From NCBI GenBank assembly GCA_943704415.1, contig CALSCO010001647.1:1-61331 (forward strand): 61,331 nt of DNA, read 5' to 3'. Each line of letters opens with the position of its first letter. Position 1 is the stretch's first letter. This DNA comes from Parvularia atlantis (taxonomy: Eukaryota). Under the pieces are notes generated by a model. The model had not been told where the DNA came from and did no database searches. It saw only the letters and a list, made by a program, of their open reading frames with translations. A program made the translations under genes and the position numbers. Shown here piece by piece: positions 50,251 through 61,331 of this stretch.

Positions 50251-53200
50251 TCAGTCGAACGACAGCTTGACGACGTGGATCTCCATCGGGTTGAAGACGG
50301 TCGCAAACTGCTGCGCGTGCATCAGCCGCGCCGCAGCAGGTTCACTTGCGCGACGCACCTCCATGTCGCGCGTGTGGAGCTGCGGGATCTCCCACGGCGG
50401 CGTGATCGTCGATGACGACGTCCACTTCAGGCGCGGCAGCTGCACGCGCGCGGTGTGAGCGACCAGCTGCGCAAAGAGGGCGGACCACCGCACCTGCGAC
50501 TCGGGCAGGCGGCCCGACAGGTCCAGCTCCTCGCTGACGCTGTACGACGTCGTAAACAGCGAGGCGATGTCGACCGTCGTCGGCGCGCCCAGGCCAGACA
50601 GGCTGTCGGTGTCGTAGATGTGCTGCGGCGGGGCACGTCAGCCTCAGTAGGCACCACACGCACCGCACGCGCGCGCGCACCTGCAGGCGCAGGATCGCCG
50701 AGCGCCAGTTGTCACTCACCTCGGTCTTGAGCGCGAGCAGGTGGATGTTATTCGGCAGCGGCTGGCGCAGCGCCGCAAACGTGAGCGTGCGCGCGCCCGT
50801 CCAGGCCGCGAGCGTCGTGACGGGGCCTGTGCGTGCGCCGGTGCGCGTCAGTGCAACAGAAGAGCAACAAGCGCGGGCTGAACGCACCGAAGAACGGCAG
50901 CGGCGGGTGCTGCAGCGCGAGCGCCAGGCGCGGGCGGAGCGTCTCGACGGCCGTGCGCGTGCCGAAGAACATGCGCAGGTGTGGGTACGTGACCTGCATG
51001 GGGCCGCCGTCAGCCGCGCACACATCGTCGCCACACGGTCAACTCAGACCGTCGTGTCGTCCAGCGCCTCGCCCACGCCGCGGCCGTCGTCCCGCGAGCA
51101 GCGGCGGTGCAGCATGACCTCCATCTCGCCTGCACGGGTGCGTGAGCTCTCCACCACGGCCACCTATCGCCTGTGCGCGCGCGCACCGCCGGCAAGGCTG
51201 GCCACGCCGACGGTGCGGTCCACGATCGCGAGCATCTCCAGGCGGCTGTCGGCCAGGAACGCCTGCTGCACCATCGGGTAGTAGTTGGACGCGATCAGGC
51301 CCTTGGCCGGGCGACGCTCGTGGATGAGGATGCCATTGTTGTCCGAGAACAGCCGCGTGCTGGCGCTGTCAAAAGCGCTGCTGGTGAAGCGCGCGATGGC
51401 CTCACGGTCGCGATCGAGCGTGCCTGCGGCGTCGCGTCAGCTGGTGCGCCCAGGCGGTGTCGCGGCGATGGTCGCACCCAGCGCAAAGCTCACGTGGAGC
51501 TCGAGCGCAACGTCGTCGTTGGACGAGCGCACGAGGCGGAAGCTCTGCGCGTGCGCGCTGTCGTACGTGTGCACGACCTCCTGGTACAGCGGGCCGTTGA
51601 TGAACTGGACCGTGCCCACGCTTAGCAGGGCCGCGGCCGACGACACCGGGCGGAAGATGTACGCGCCCGACTTCTGGCCGTTGCCCGTGTACGACGTGTA
51701 CTCCATGATCTGCGATGCGCTTTGAGCCGCGTCCACTTGCCAGTCACGCACGCGGCACGCACCCGCTCCGTCAGCGGGAAGAAGGTGCCGTCCTCGCGGT
51801 TGGTGATCAGCAGGCTTACCGCACCGTCCGTGCCCACCGTGATGTTCACGCTCAGCACGCCGTTGTCGAGCGTGACCGCCTGGCCGATCGCGACCTGATG
51901 GCGGGTGGGTGTTGGCGCACGGCGGCAATTGTGCGAGATGGGACGCACCTGCGTGACCGTGCCACGCACGGGCGACGACGTCTGGCGCGCAAAGTACGTA
52001 CTTAGGCCGGCCGCGGGCACGTCCGCCAGGAACGTGACCGTCGTCTTGCCAGCAAGGGTCACGACCTGCGCGTCAGTCAGCAGTCAGCACGCTGCACCGC
52101 GCGCGAGCGTGCGCCCGTCCAAACGTGCCTGGTGCGGCACAGCGGCGCCCGCAGCGTTCACGATCTCGATGTCGCTGCGCGTCAGCTCGACCACGACCGG
52201 CTGCTGCGTGCGCGCCCAGCCGAGGCCGTTGGTGACGACGATTGGCACAACCTGGCCCGCGCCCAGGTTCTCGTTGATGTTGGTCGGGACGTCGTCAAAG
52301 TCGGCGACCTCGCCCACGACGGCGCTGATCGCATTGGTGAGCAGGTCGGTGGCCGGGTCCGAGCTGTCCGTGAGGTGGTCGATGTACATCTGCATCACCT
52401 GCACGTGCGTCGCGTCAGCGGCGACACTTGCCAAGCTGCAGCAACGTACGTAGTTCTTCGACGTGCCCGTCACGCCGTCGTGGTGCTGCGACTCGGCCGT
52501 CGCCTGACGCAGCGGCACAAGCTGCTCGGGGCTGGCGGTCAGGGGCGCGCCCGAGAAGGCGGCGGCCTGGCCCATGATCTGTGCGCGGGCAACGGTTAGC
52601 GCATGGCAGACCAAGCGCGCCAGTTCGGCACCGCGGACCTCGCTGTTGCGCAGCAGCGACGCGCGCGTGCGGATGAGCGACTTGACGTTCGGGTATGATG
52701 TGAAGTAGCCCGTCCAGTACGCATCCGAGCCGTCGGCGTACGGGAAAAAGTCCGACTCGTACACGGGCCACTCGACCTGTTCGCGCGCGCCGTTTCAGTG
52801 CAGTGCGCCGCCTCCGCAGCGCCGTCCGCGCGCACCTGCGCCTGGTTGACCGCCTCAAAGTACTCAGACAGAGTTGCGTAGTGCAGGTACACGCCGAGCT
52901 CCGGGCGGGCGTTGATGTAGTCGATCTGAACGGCACGGCGTGAGGGGCCACGCCAGCATTCGCGCCAGCGCGCGTGCCGCACCAGCTTGTCCCAGTTGAC
53001 GTACTGCACGGTCGCGTTCTGCCAGCGGAAGTCATCGCCACCCGGGATGAGCAGGTTGCTCGTCCGGTACCACTCGGCGCGGCGCTGCAGCTCGGCAACC
53101 AGCTCGGAGGCGCGCTGCGGCAGGGTTTCGTCTGCGGTGGCCCCAATGGATCAGACGCGTGCACGGACACGCGACGGCAGGCCGCGCACCGTTGATCGGC

Positions 53201-54134
53201 GCATCGCGCTCAAAGTTGAAGCCGTTCGGGAACGAGTAGTGCGAATCGAGCACGTGCGTGAACACGTCAGCGCCGGTGCCGAGCGACTTGGAGCCGCTGC
53301 GGTGTATCGCGTCAGCACTGCGTGCGCACACAAGCAAGACGTAGCAGCGGCCGCACCGCCAGACAAACTCGAGGTGGCGCTGCGCCTTCCACTCGTCCTT
53401 CTGCACGAAGTGGATGCGGTTGATCACATGGCCATTGAAGCCCATCTTGGCAAACATGGTCGGGTAGTACGACGACAGGCCGAAGGGGTCTTTGTGCGTG
53501 CACACGCGCGCGCGCGCAAGGGGAAGCGTCAAGCCGCACGGAAAGCGCGCCGAAACCAACCGCACCGATGTGCCAGCCGTAGCGCGGCGTGACGCCAAAG
53601 GTGTCGAAGATCCACTTGTGGCCCTCGGCCATTTGGTTCATCGATGCGCTGAAGGTCGGGTCGGCGTCGTCGTTCATGACCCAGCCGCCGAGCACAAACT
53701 CGATCTGGCGCCCGCCGTGAGCGCGCGAAAGAGAGATTCCTGCGCAACGCACGCGTTTGTTGGCGACGCACTCGCGCACGTAGTTGCGCTCGGCCGCGGA
53801 CGCCTCGTTGAACCAGCGCGAGAAGAAGACCATCTCGACGATGATGAACTTGCGGTCGGCGCGCTTGGCCAGCTCGCTCACAACCGTGTTGTAGATGTAC
53901 TTGACCTCCTGCGTTACGTAGGCGGCCGCGTCAGCTGAACGCGCGCAACGTGCGGCGCATGCCTGCTCGTAGTACTCGTCGATCGTCTTCAGCCCTGTCG
54001 CACTCGCGGTCGTCAGTGTCGCGCGCACACGCGCGCCCGGAGCCGGGCAACGCACAGCCGGCGTCGCAGTGCGAGTGCGGGATGAAGAACACGTTGAGCG
54101 TCTCCTTGGCCTGCCGCCGCCGCGCGCGCGTGTC

Positions 54135-54169
<35 letters not shown>

Positions 54170-54296
54170 CGCTCCGCACATGCGAGCTTCGAGGCTGCAC
54201 CTGCACGCCCACGCCCGGCGCGGGCGCGGCCAGGGCCACCGCGGCCGCTATCACAGCGCCTACGGCCAATGCGAACGGCAGCGTGACCGGCGCCAT
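50251..54296 (-). CDS. GH38 (lysosomal-type) alpha-mannosidase with signal peptide
   Basis: PHSHCDAGWLKT, IEFVLGGWVMND, GWHIDPFG, GGDDF, DFFPYAD..YWTGYFTS, QHHDGVTGT, SGAYIFRP, EVMLHRR..DDGRGVGE. Confidence 0.95.
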
Positions 54297-54338
54297 CTTG
54301 CCAAAACAGCAGTGCCAAGTGGCTGCTCACACAACCCA

Positions 54339-56155
54339 TCACTGCTGCCCTGCCGTCTTGAGCTTCGGCACGGTGAAGGCCGAAATGACGTGCCCGAGCG
54401 CCGTGCGCGCCGGGGCGAGGGGAGGCGCGCCCGGCTTGAGCATGGCGAAGGACGGACGCGCCGGCGGCATCGCCTGGAGCCGCTGCTTGGATGGGTCAAA
54501 CAGCTTGCGCTTGTGCTGCTGTTGCGCCTGCGCGCTGGTGAGCAGACCGCGCTGGACGACGTCTCGAGCATGTGCACACCGGCACGATCGACGACGTGCT
54601 CGCGAAGCTGATGTTGGACAGGTCGTGGAAGGCCGGAATGACTGGTGCGCCTCCCGGCGGCAGGCCGAAGCTGGCGCGAGCGGGGCCCATCGCGATGAAC
54701 GAGACGTTGACGGCCGCGGGCGCGATCGACGGGCGCGTGGGGGCCTTGCTCGCAGCGGGCGGGTCGACGTCCATCGCCGTCGCGGCGGCTGGCTGGAAGC
54801 GCGCGCTCTTGCGCCGCGCCGTCGCCGTCTTGACCACGGTCACGTTAAGATCGCCTGCGGCGGGCAGTGGCACGGCCACGGTCTCGGTCGCGGGTGGTGG
54901 TGGCACGGCCTCGGTCGCGGGCAGCAGCGGCACGGCGTTGATGGCGAACTTGGACTTCTTGGCAGGCGGCTGCTCGTCTGCCTTTTTGACGGGCGACTGC
55001 TCGTCTGCCTTCTTGACGGGCGGCTGCTCGTCTGCCTTCTTAACGGGCGACTGCTCCTCTGCCGGCTTGGCCTTCTTGGCGGGGGGCGCCACATCGACGG
55101 CAGGCTTGGTCTTGGCGGCCTTCGGCTCGACGTCGTCCGCGTCGTCGTCGTCTTCCTCCTCCTCGTCCTCGATGATAATGCGACGGCGCGGACGTTTGCT
55201 CGGCGCAGGCATCGCCAGCGACGCCTCGGCCGCGGTCAGCTCGGCCGGCGTGATAGCCTTCGGCTTCTGCACGGGCACGGGCTCGGGCGCAGGTATGGCA
55301 GCTGGCTTGGTGGCAAGCTTCTTGGTCGTCTCGGGCGCGGGCTTGGCTGCTGGCTTGGGCACGGCCTTGACGGGTTTCTTGGCCACCGATGCAGCAGCGA
55401 GTGGCTCTGGCTCAACGACGACAACGGGCGGCAGCGGCGCTGCAATCGCTGGCGCAGACTGCAACTCCGCCTGCGTGCATTCTTGGTCGGAACCGTTGCT
55501 GCCGCCGCGACGCGCACGCACGCGCACCCGCAGGCGCGCGATCTGCTCCTCCAGCTGGCGCTTCTCGGCCTGGAACGTGGCCTGCTGCTGCTCGAGGCGC
55601 AGCTGCAGGACGGCCAGGCGGTCGAGCGACTCGCGGCGCGGCTGCTCCTTGATCGTGATCTTGGTCGTGTTGAGCTCGTCCTGCGCGGCCGTGTCGTGGT
55701 CGTCAGCGCACGGATGCACATACGCACACGGCGTCGCACCTTGAGCTCGTCGATCTTCTGCCGCAGCTCGACGCGCTCCGCCTGGTACTGCGCCTGCTGG
55801 CGCTGCAACGCGTCGTGAAGCTGCGCGAGCCGTGTGTCGTTGTCGCGCGACATGCTCTGCGTGCCCCCCCAACGTATCAGCGCGAACGACACAAGCTGTC
55901 GCACGCGCACCAGCGTCGCGCGCGACTGCAGCGACTGCCGCCGGCGCTGCTGCTGCAGTCGCGCGACCTCGCCCTCCGCGAGCGCTGCCGTTCAAAGTCA
56001 GCCGTGGACCGCCCTCGCCACGCCCGCCGCCACGCACCGAGCCGCAGTGACAGCTGCCGCCGTGCCTCGCGCTCCAGCAGCGCGTCAAAGGCGGCCCGCG
56101 CGGCCTCGTGCGCCGCGACGAGCTGCGCGAGCGCGGTTTGCGCGGTTGCATCCAT
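54339..56155 (-). CDS. Uncharacterised protein: N-terminal coiled coil, Pro/Lys/Ala-rich disordered C-terminal half
   Basis: Heptad-rich exons (RLAQLHDALQRQQAQYQAERVELRQKIDELK...), acidic patch, internal repeats, ends SAFTVPKLKTAGQQ*. Confidence 0.65.
54953..55060 (-). repeat. 27-nt coding tandem repeat, about 4 copies (EQ[S/P]PVKKAD)
   Basis: EQSPVKKAD EQPPVKKAD EQSPVKKAD EQPPAKKSK in translation and visible at DNA level. Confidence 0.85.
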
Positions 56156-56205
56156 TTCGTAACCGTCGCCCTGGAGCCTTCTCTTTGCTTAGTGTGATGC
56201 ACACA

Positions 56206-57889
56206 TCATGCGGCACGCCGCTTCCCGGCCGGGCCCGTACCGCCCTCGCCGCCGCGCTTGGCCGCGCCGAGGTCAGGCGTGACCGTGTGGTAGTAGTAGT
56301 CGCTGCTGCCGGGCTGGTGAGGTTGCGCGCGCACGCGTCAGCACGACACCTCAGACGAGGCCAGGCGCGCACCGGTGGCGGCGGCGGCGGCATCATCAAG
56401 CTCGTGGCGGTCGGGGGCCGCGGTGCGCTGGCCGTCGCCGAGGGGGGTGGCGGCAGCATCGGGTACTGTGCGGCGCCGCAGGGGCGGAAAGTCAGACAGG
56501 CACCCCGCGGCCGGCCACGCACGCACGGGGCCGGTCGGCGGCATCTGCATATACTCGGGCGGGGGCGCGCCGACCTGCTGCTGCCGGCCCCAGTTAAGCT
56601 TGAGCTTGACGCCGTCAACCTCCAGCTTGTCGTGCATCTTGTCGATCGCCTTCTCGGCCGACTCGCGCGTGGTGAAGGTGATGAAGGCGCAGTGGCTGCG
56701 GTGCAGTACGTTGGCCGACTTGATCTCGCCAAACGCGTAGAACTTGTCGCTGCGTGCGCGCGCGCGCGCGCGCGTGTGTGCGTCAGCCGCAAACTTCAGG
56801 AGGGAGGCGTGCGCACACCGCAGCGCCTGCTCCGTCATCGTGTCGGTGATGCCGCTGATGAACAGCGTGCAGATCGTCTTGTCGGCCGGCGGCACGGGCG
56901 AGTTCTTGGTGAGCACTTGGCTCAACAGGCGCTTGGCGAGCGGGTCTGCCGAGCCGTAGTAGCGGTCCTTGATGTTCTGGTCGGTCAGCTCGGTGCCGTC
57001 GGGCAGCTCGTGCCTGGCAAGGGCCGCCGGCGTAAGCTCACGTGCAACGGCAGCATCCGACGAGCGCCGCACCGGAACGGGCACTCGTCGCCGCGCGAGC
57101 AAAAGCCCTTGAGGAAGAACGAGCACAGGTGCGCCTGGTTGCGGCGGTAGTTTGGCGCATTGCGCGACAGCTTCTTGAGCATCTCGTGCCCGGCGGGGCT
57201 CAGCTTCGAGTAGTCGTACAGCGTTTCCCCCTCGCCGAGCTGGCGCGCGCTTGTTTGCCGCAAGCGCCGCGCGCGCGTGTGTGCCGCACCTTGGCCTCCG
57301 TGTTCTGCACAAAGTACTCGCGGTTGATGTCGCCTCGCGGCACGTCCGTCTCCTTGATGCCCAGCGCCGCGTCGCGCACCTGCACCGGCAGCCCTGCGCG
57401 CGCGCGCGCCCCGTCGTCAGTGTGAGCCTCGCCCGTGTCGGACGCGGCAACGCGACGGCGCGGCGGCGCGCACCATACTGCAGGTCAAAGACGCACGTCT
57501 GGCACACGTTCTTGATCTTGGCACACGTCTGGCACACCTCGGTGCGCTTGAAGCGCGCATTGGTGCCGGCGTTCCAACTGCGCCGCCGCGCGCGTCAGCC
57601 GCGTCGGTCGCCAAACGCCGACAGACGCCTGCCGCGCACCGGAAGACCGTGTACGGGCGCTTGCAGATCTTGCACTCGCCGCCGTACTTCTCCTTTGTCA
57701 TGCGCACGTACGGGTTGTCGCCCAGGCACGTCTCGCAGAGGATGGGGAACTCCTGCGAGGCGCACCGCCGGCAAGGCGAAAAGCGCGGGGCTGGGTCAGC
57801 GGCGCTCGTGCAGCGCGCGCGCGGACGGCGCGGCGCACCGCCGTCTCCCAGCCTTGTTTGTTCACGTCGGCCTTGATGCGCTGCGCCAT
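56206..57889 (-). CDS. RBM22: Pre-mRNA splicing factor RBM22/SLT11
   Basis: [77 protein letters not shown]. Confidence 0.96.
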
Positions 57890-58027
57890 GGCCGTGCGGT
57901 CCTCGCGGGCGCGTCGACGCTGCCCTGGGTGAGGACAACGGCAGCGCTGGCCGCCACACTGGGTCGTACCTGACGCGCACACCGCTAACACACAATGTAG
58001 ATTTTTCAGCAACAGTCGTGCGTACAG

Positions 58028-60201
58028 ATGCTTGAGTCGGACGACATCGAGCTCGTGCCCACGCGGCGCATCGAGGAGTACGAGCCGCGCGCGCACACGC
58101 CGGCGCAGCCGTTCAAGCCGCGCTGGGCCGATCGCCGCTGCCGCATCGCGACGTACGCGCTCGTGGCGGTCGCGGTCGTGCTCGCGGTGATCGGTGCGCG
58201 CGGGAGCACCTCTGTCGTGTCTCACTCCCCGCGCCCCGCGCCCGCGCCCGCGCCCCGCAGTCACCGTCGCCATCGTGCTCGGCCGGCCCGCGGGCGTGCG
58301 CCCGTGCTCCGTGCAGGACCTTGAGCACGCCGGCTGCTCGCCGTACGCCGACTGCACCCGCGCGGCCGACGACACGCTCGCGTGCACGTGCCGCGCGGGC
58401 TTCACGGGCTCGGGCCAGTACTGCGTGCCTAGCGTCGAGAGCAATACACAGGTGGGTGCGCAGCCGGGCGGAGAGGCCGGCTTCTCCGTCTGGCCGACCG
58501 GCGATGTCAACGGCGACGGCCTCGCCGACTTTATCCTTGGCGCGCCCTTCGCCGACGGCACGGCCCCGAACGACCGCGCCGGCATCGCCTTCGTCGTCTA
58601 TGGCCGCCGCGGTGCCTCCGCGCCGTTCATCGATCTGGCCAGCTTTGACGCCACGACCGGCTTCGCCGTGCCCGGGCGCGTGGCCAACGGCAGCCTCGGG
58701 TACTACGTCTCCGGCCAGTTCGACTTCAACGGCGACGGCGTGAGCGACTTTGTGCTCGGCGCTGGCATGGCCCGCGCGCCCATGCAGGCGTCCGGCAGCG
58801 TCTACGTCGTGTTTGGGCGCCGCAGCAACTTCCCGCGCAAGCTCGACCTCGACAGCCTCGACGGCACCAACGGCTTTGCCTTGCACGGCGCGGCGAACGG
58901 CGACCGCTTCGGCATCTCGGTCGCGGCCGCCGGCGACCTCAACGGCGACGGCCTCGGCGACCTCGTCGTCGGCGCGGCGGGCGTGGCCGAGGGGCGCGGG
59001 GCGGCGTACGTCGTCTTTGGCACGCGCGACGCCCTTCTGCCGGCCTACACGATGCCGGCCGGGGATGGGCCGGCGCCGGAAGGGCTCACGATGGTGACGC
59101 TCGAGGGCATGAGCGCGGGCGACGAGTGCGGCATCGCCGTCAACCCGGCCGGCGACTTCAATGGCGACAACGTGGCGGACGTGATCGTGGGCGCGCAGTA
59201 CGCGGCCGGCGGCGTCGGCGGGGCCTACATCGTATTTGGCCGCGCGTCGTGGCCGGCGTCGATCGCGCTGGGAGACCTGGCAGGGTCGGGCGGCGTGCGT
59301 TTTGTCGGCGCGGTCGTCAACGACCGCACGGGCTTCGCGGTCTCTGGCGCGGGTGTGTTGCGCTGCGCCCGCGAAAGCGCGCTGGCCGTGACGCGTCAGA
59401 CGGGCGGCAGGCGACATCGACGGGGACGGCCTGGCGGACGTGCTCATCGGCGCGTACGAGGCGAGCCCGTTTGGCAAGGTGCGCAGTCGCGTGTTTGCTG
59501 GTCTTGACACGCACGCGCGCGTGTGTGTGTGTGTGTGTGTGCGCAGGAAGCCGTCGGCGCGGTCTACGTCATCTACGGCTCGCGCTCGCTCTTCCCGTCG
59601 CCGCTGAGCGCGTCGCTGCACCTGGCCGGTGCGCACGAGTGCGGTGACCGCATGACCGGGACTGATAAGCACGTGCACGCACACAGACGGCACGTGGGGC
59701 TTCACCCTCGTCGGCGGCGAGTTTGGCGACCAGGTCGGCGTGTCGGTTTCGCCCGGCGGCGACTTTAACCGCGACGGCGTGGCGGGTACGGCGGCGCGTG
59801 CCTCGCGCACCGGCAGTCGCTCACGCGGCAGCGGCGCCAGACTTTGTCGTGGGCGCGTTCGCCGCCAGCCCGCTGGATGCGGTGCACGCCGGCGCGGCCT
59901 ACGTCGTCTTTGGCAGGCGTCAGCGGTTCAGCCCGATCAGGGACCTGTACGACTTTGTGGACGGGCGTGACGGCTTCACGTTCTACGGCCGCGCGGCGGG
60001 CGACGAGCTGGGCACAGGCGTGGCCGGCGTCGGCGACTTTAACGGCGATGGGTGCGTGGTCGCTGCGCCGGGGCAGCCGCGCCTGACTGCGACGGCGGCC
60101 GCAACAGCATCGACGACGTTGTGCTCGGCGGCTCGTATGGCACAATGCTCGGGCGCGACATGTGCGGCTACACGCTGCTGGCCTACGGTCGCATCGTCTA
60201 G
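58028..60201 (+). CDS. Type II membrane protein with EGF-like domain and FG-GAP (integrin-alpha-like) beta-propeller
   Basis: One TM near N-terminus, [22 protein letters not shown], then seven GDxNGDGxxD..GA repeats with GxxYVVFG; stop follows the last repeat. Confidence 0.85.
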
Positions 60202-60236
60202 TAGCAAATACATTGTGTCTGTGCGCTCGCCACCAC

Positions 60237-61331
60237 TCACGTCTCCCAGTGCTGCCGGCTCAGCGTTAGGTAGGCCGACGGCAGCAGGCGCAGACGCGGC
60301 CGGGATCCGACGAAGCGCACAAGGTACGCGTCCGCCTCGGGCACGGCGCTTTCGACCAGCGCGCGGAAGTAGGGCGGCGGCCTTGTCTCGCCATCGGCCA
60401 GCGTGAAGACTGCGCCGGTTGGCCCCGGCTCGCGTCGCGGCCGCTTGATGTTGACCGGGTCTACCTCGGACACGTCGCTCGTGGGTGGCGGTGGCGGCGG
60501 GCCCACGGCGTCGGGCGCGGGCCACATGGCGCCGACCATCTGCCCTGGCCGCAGGCGCCAATCTGCCCAAGCCAGGTCGCCGTCGAGCGCGATGTCGGCG
60601 CGGGCGACGGGCGTGCGGATCTCGTCGTCGTCAAACAGGATGCGGTACCAGCCGGGCGTGATCTGCGCGTGCACCTGGCCCGGCGCGAAGAAGCTGCGCG
60701 CCCGCGTGTCAGTCCAGCGCGCTGCATGCCCAGTGTAGCGCACCCGTCCTGAACCCGCGCAAACACGCGCTGCCCCTCGCGCAGCACGGCCATGCGCCCG
60801 AGCCGCAGCGCGCTGCTGACAACGTCTCCGTGCAGCTGCAGCGTCAGCTCGAGCTGCGGCGGCGCGATCGTCCGCACGCGCACGGTCGTGGCTTCGTCCT
60901 GCGGCGCCGCCGCACCCACAACGTGCAGCACGCGCGCCAGGCGGAAGCACCCGCCCTCGCTCGCCACGCGCGCCAGCAGCAGCATCCCGGGGCGCATCCG
61001 CTCCAGCTCGGGCACGGCCACGCCCGCTCCGGGCTCGGCGAACTTGCGCGTGGGCGACGCCGCGGGCGAGATGGCGGCCTGGGCGGCAGCTGATGCGGCC
61101 GATCCGGGCACCTGCTGTGCCGCCTGCTGTGCTGCCACGCCCGCCTGCGACGCCACCGACGCCGCTGCGGCCACCGCCGAGGCCGCCGTCGCTGTCGCCG
61201 TCGCCGACTGCACCAGAGGTCGCGGCACGGATTTCGAGCGTGTCATGCTGTCGAAATTCGTCAGCGACATGCTGGCAAATGCGGCCAAAGTTTGCGTGCC
61301 AGATGTTGTCTGCAACGGCGCCGCGGGGGGG
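60237..61331 (-). CDS. 3' part of a protein with multiple Tudor-like barrels (runs off window)
   Basis: RPGMLLLAR..FRLARV, EGQRVFAR..FFAPGQV..YRILFDD, RPGQMVGAMWP..YFRALV..YLVRF. Confidence 0.55.
   Translation of the reverse strand, partial: PPRGAVADNIWHANFGRICQHVADEFRQHDTLEIRAATSGAVGDGDSDGGLGGGRSGVGGVAGGRGSTAGGTAGARIGRISCRPGRHLARGVAHAQVRRARSGRGRARAGADAPRDAAAGARGERGRVLPPGARAARCGCGGAAGRSHDRARADDRAAAARADAAAARRRCQQRAAARAHGRAARGAARVCAGSGRVRYTGHAARWTDTRARSFFAPGQVHAQITPGWYRILFDDDEIRTPVARADIALDGDLAWADWRLRPGQMVGAMWPAPDAVGPPPPPPTSDVSEVDPVNIKRPRREPGPTGAVFTLADGETRPPPYFRALVESAVPEADAYLVRFVGSRPRLRLLPSAYLTLSRQHWET

Noticed and set aside
58028..60201. True integrin alpha subunit
   Set aside because: No leg domains, no C-terminal TM and no GFFKR motif.

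Overview
This is eukaryotic nuclear DNA, very GC-rich and extremely gene-dense, probably from a unicellular protist (gene content suggests the opisthokont/amorphean side, but taxonomy cannot be fixed from sequence alone). About 27 protein-coding genes are broken by many short (mostly about 45-90 nt) spliceosomal introns, so most supplied six-frame ORFs are exon/intron chimeras or GC-rich shadow frames. Gene order: small spliced ORF(-), PP4R3/SMEK(+), EAPP(-), SET-domain methyltransferase(+), CENP-T(+), YAP-type bZIP(-), CAMTA(+), multipass membrane protein(+), peroxisomal acyl-CoA synthetase(+), ZNRD2/SSSCA1(-), AF1q-like microprotein(+), NADP-IDH(+), GCAT/kbl(-), PA2G4(+), COQ6(+), METTL15/RsmH(-), PRP6(+), LysRS(+), REV3(-), nodulin-like MFS(+), unknown(-), ClpX(-), TFIIF-beta(+), GH38 alpha-mannosidase(-), coiled-coil unknown(-), RBM22(-), EGF + FG-GAP protein(+), partial Tudor-like protein(-). 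The most unusual signals are: at least 21 GC-AG introns plus an atypical intron grammar; almost no intergenic space (overlapping start/stop codons, 1-2 nt tail-to-tail gaps, about 20 nt head-to-head gaps, acceptor-like sites just before start codons); an intronless SET gene with no ATG for its conserved N-terminus; and a 106-aa AF1q/MLLT11-like protein missed by the ORF track. Gene models were spliced by eye; CDS coordinates span start to stop including introns, and family calls rest on remembered motifs, not database searches.
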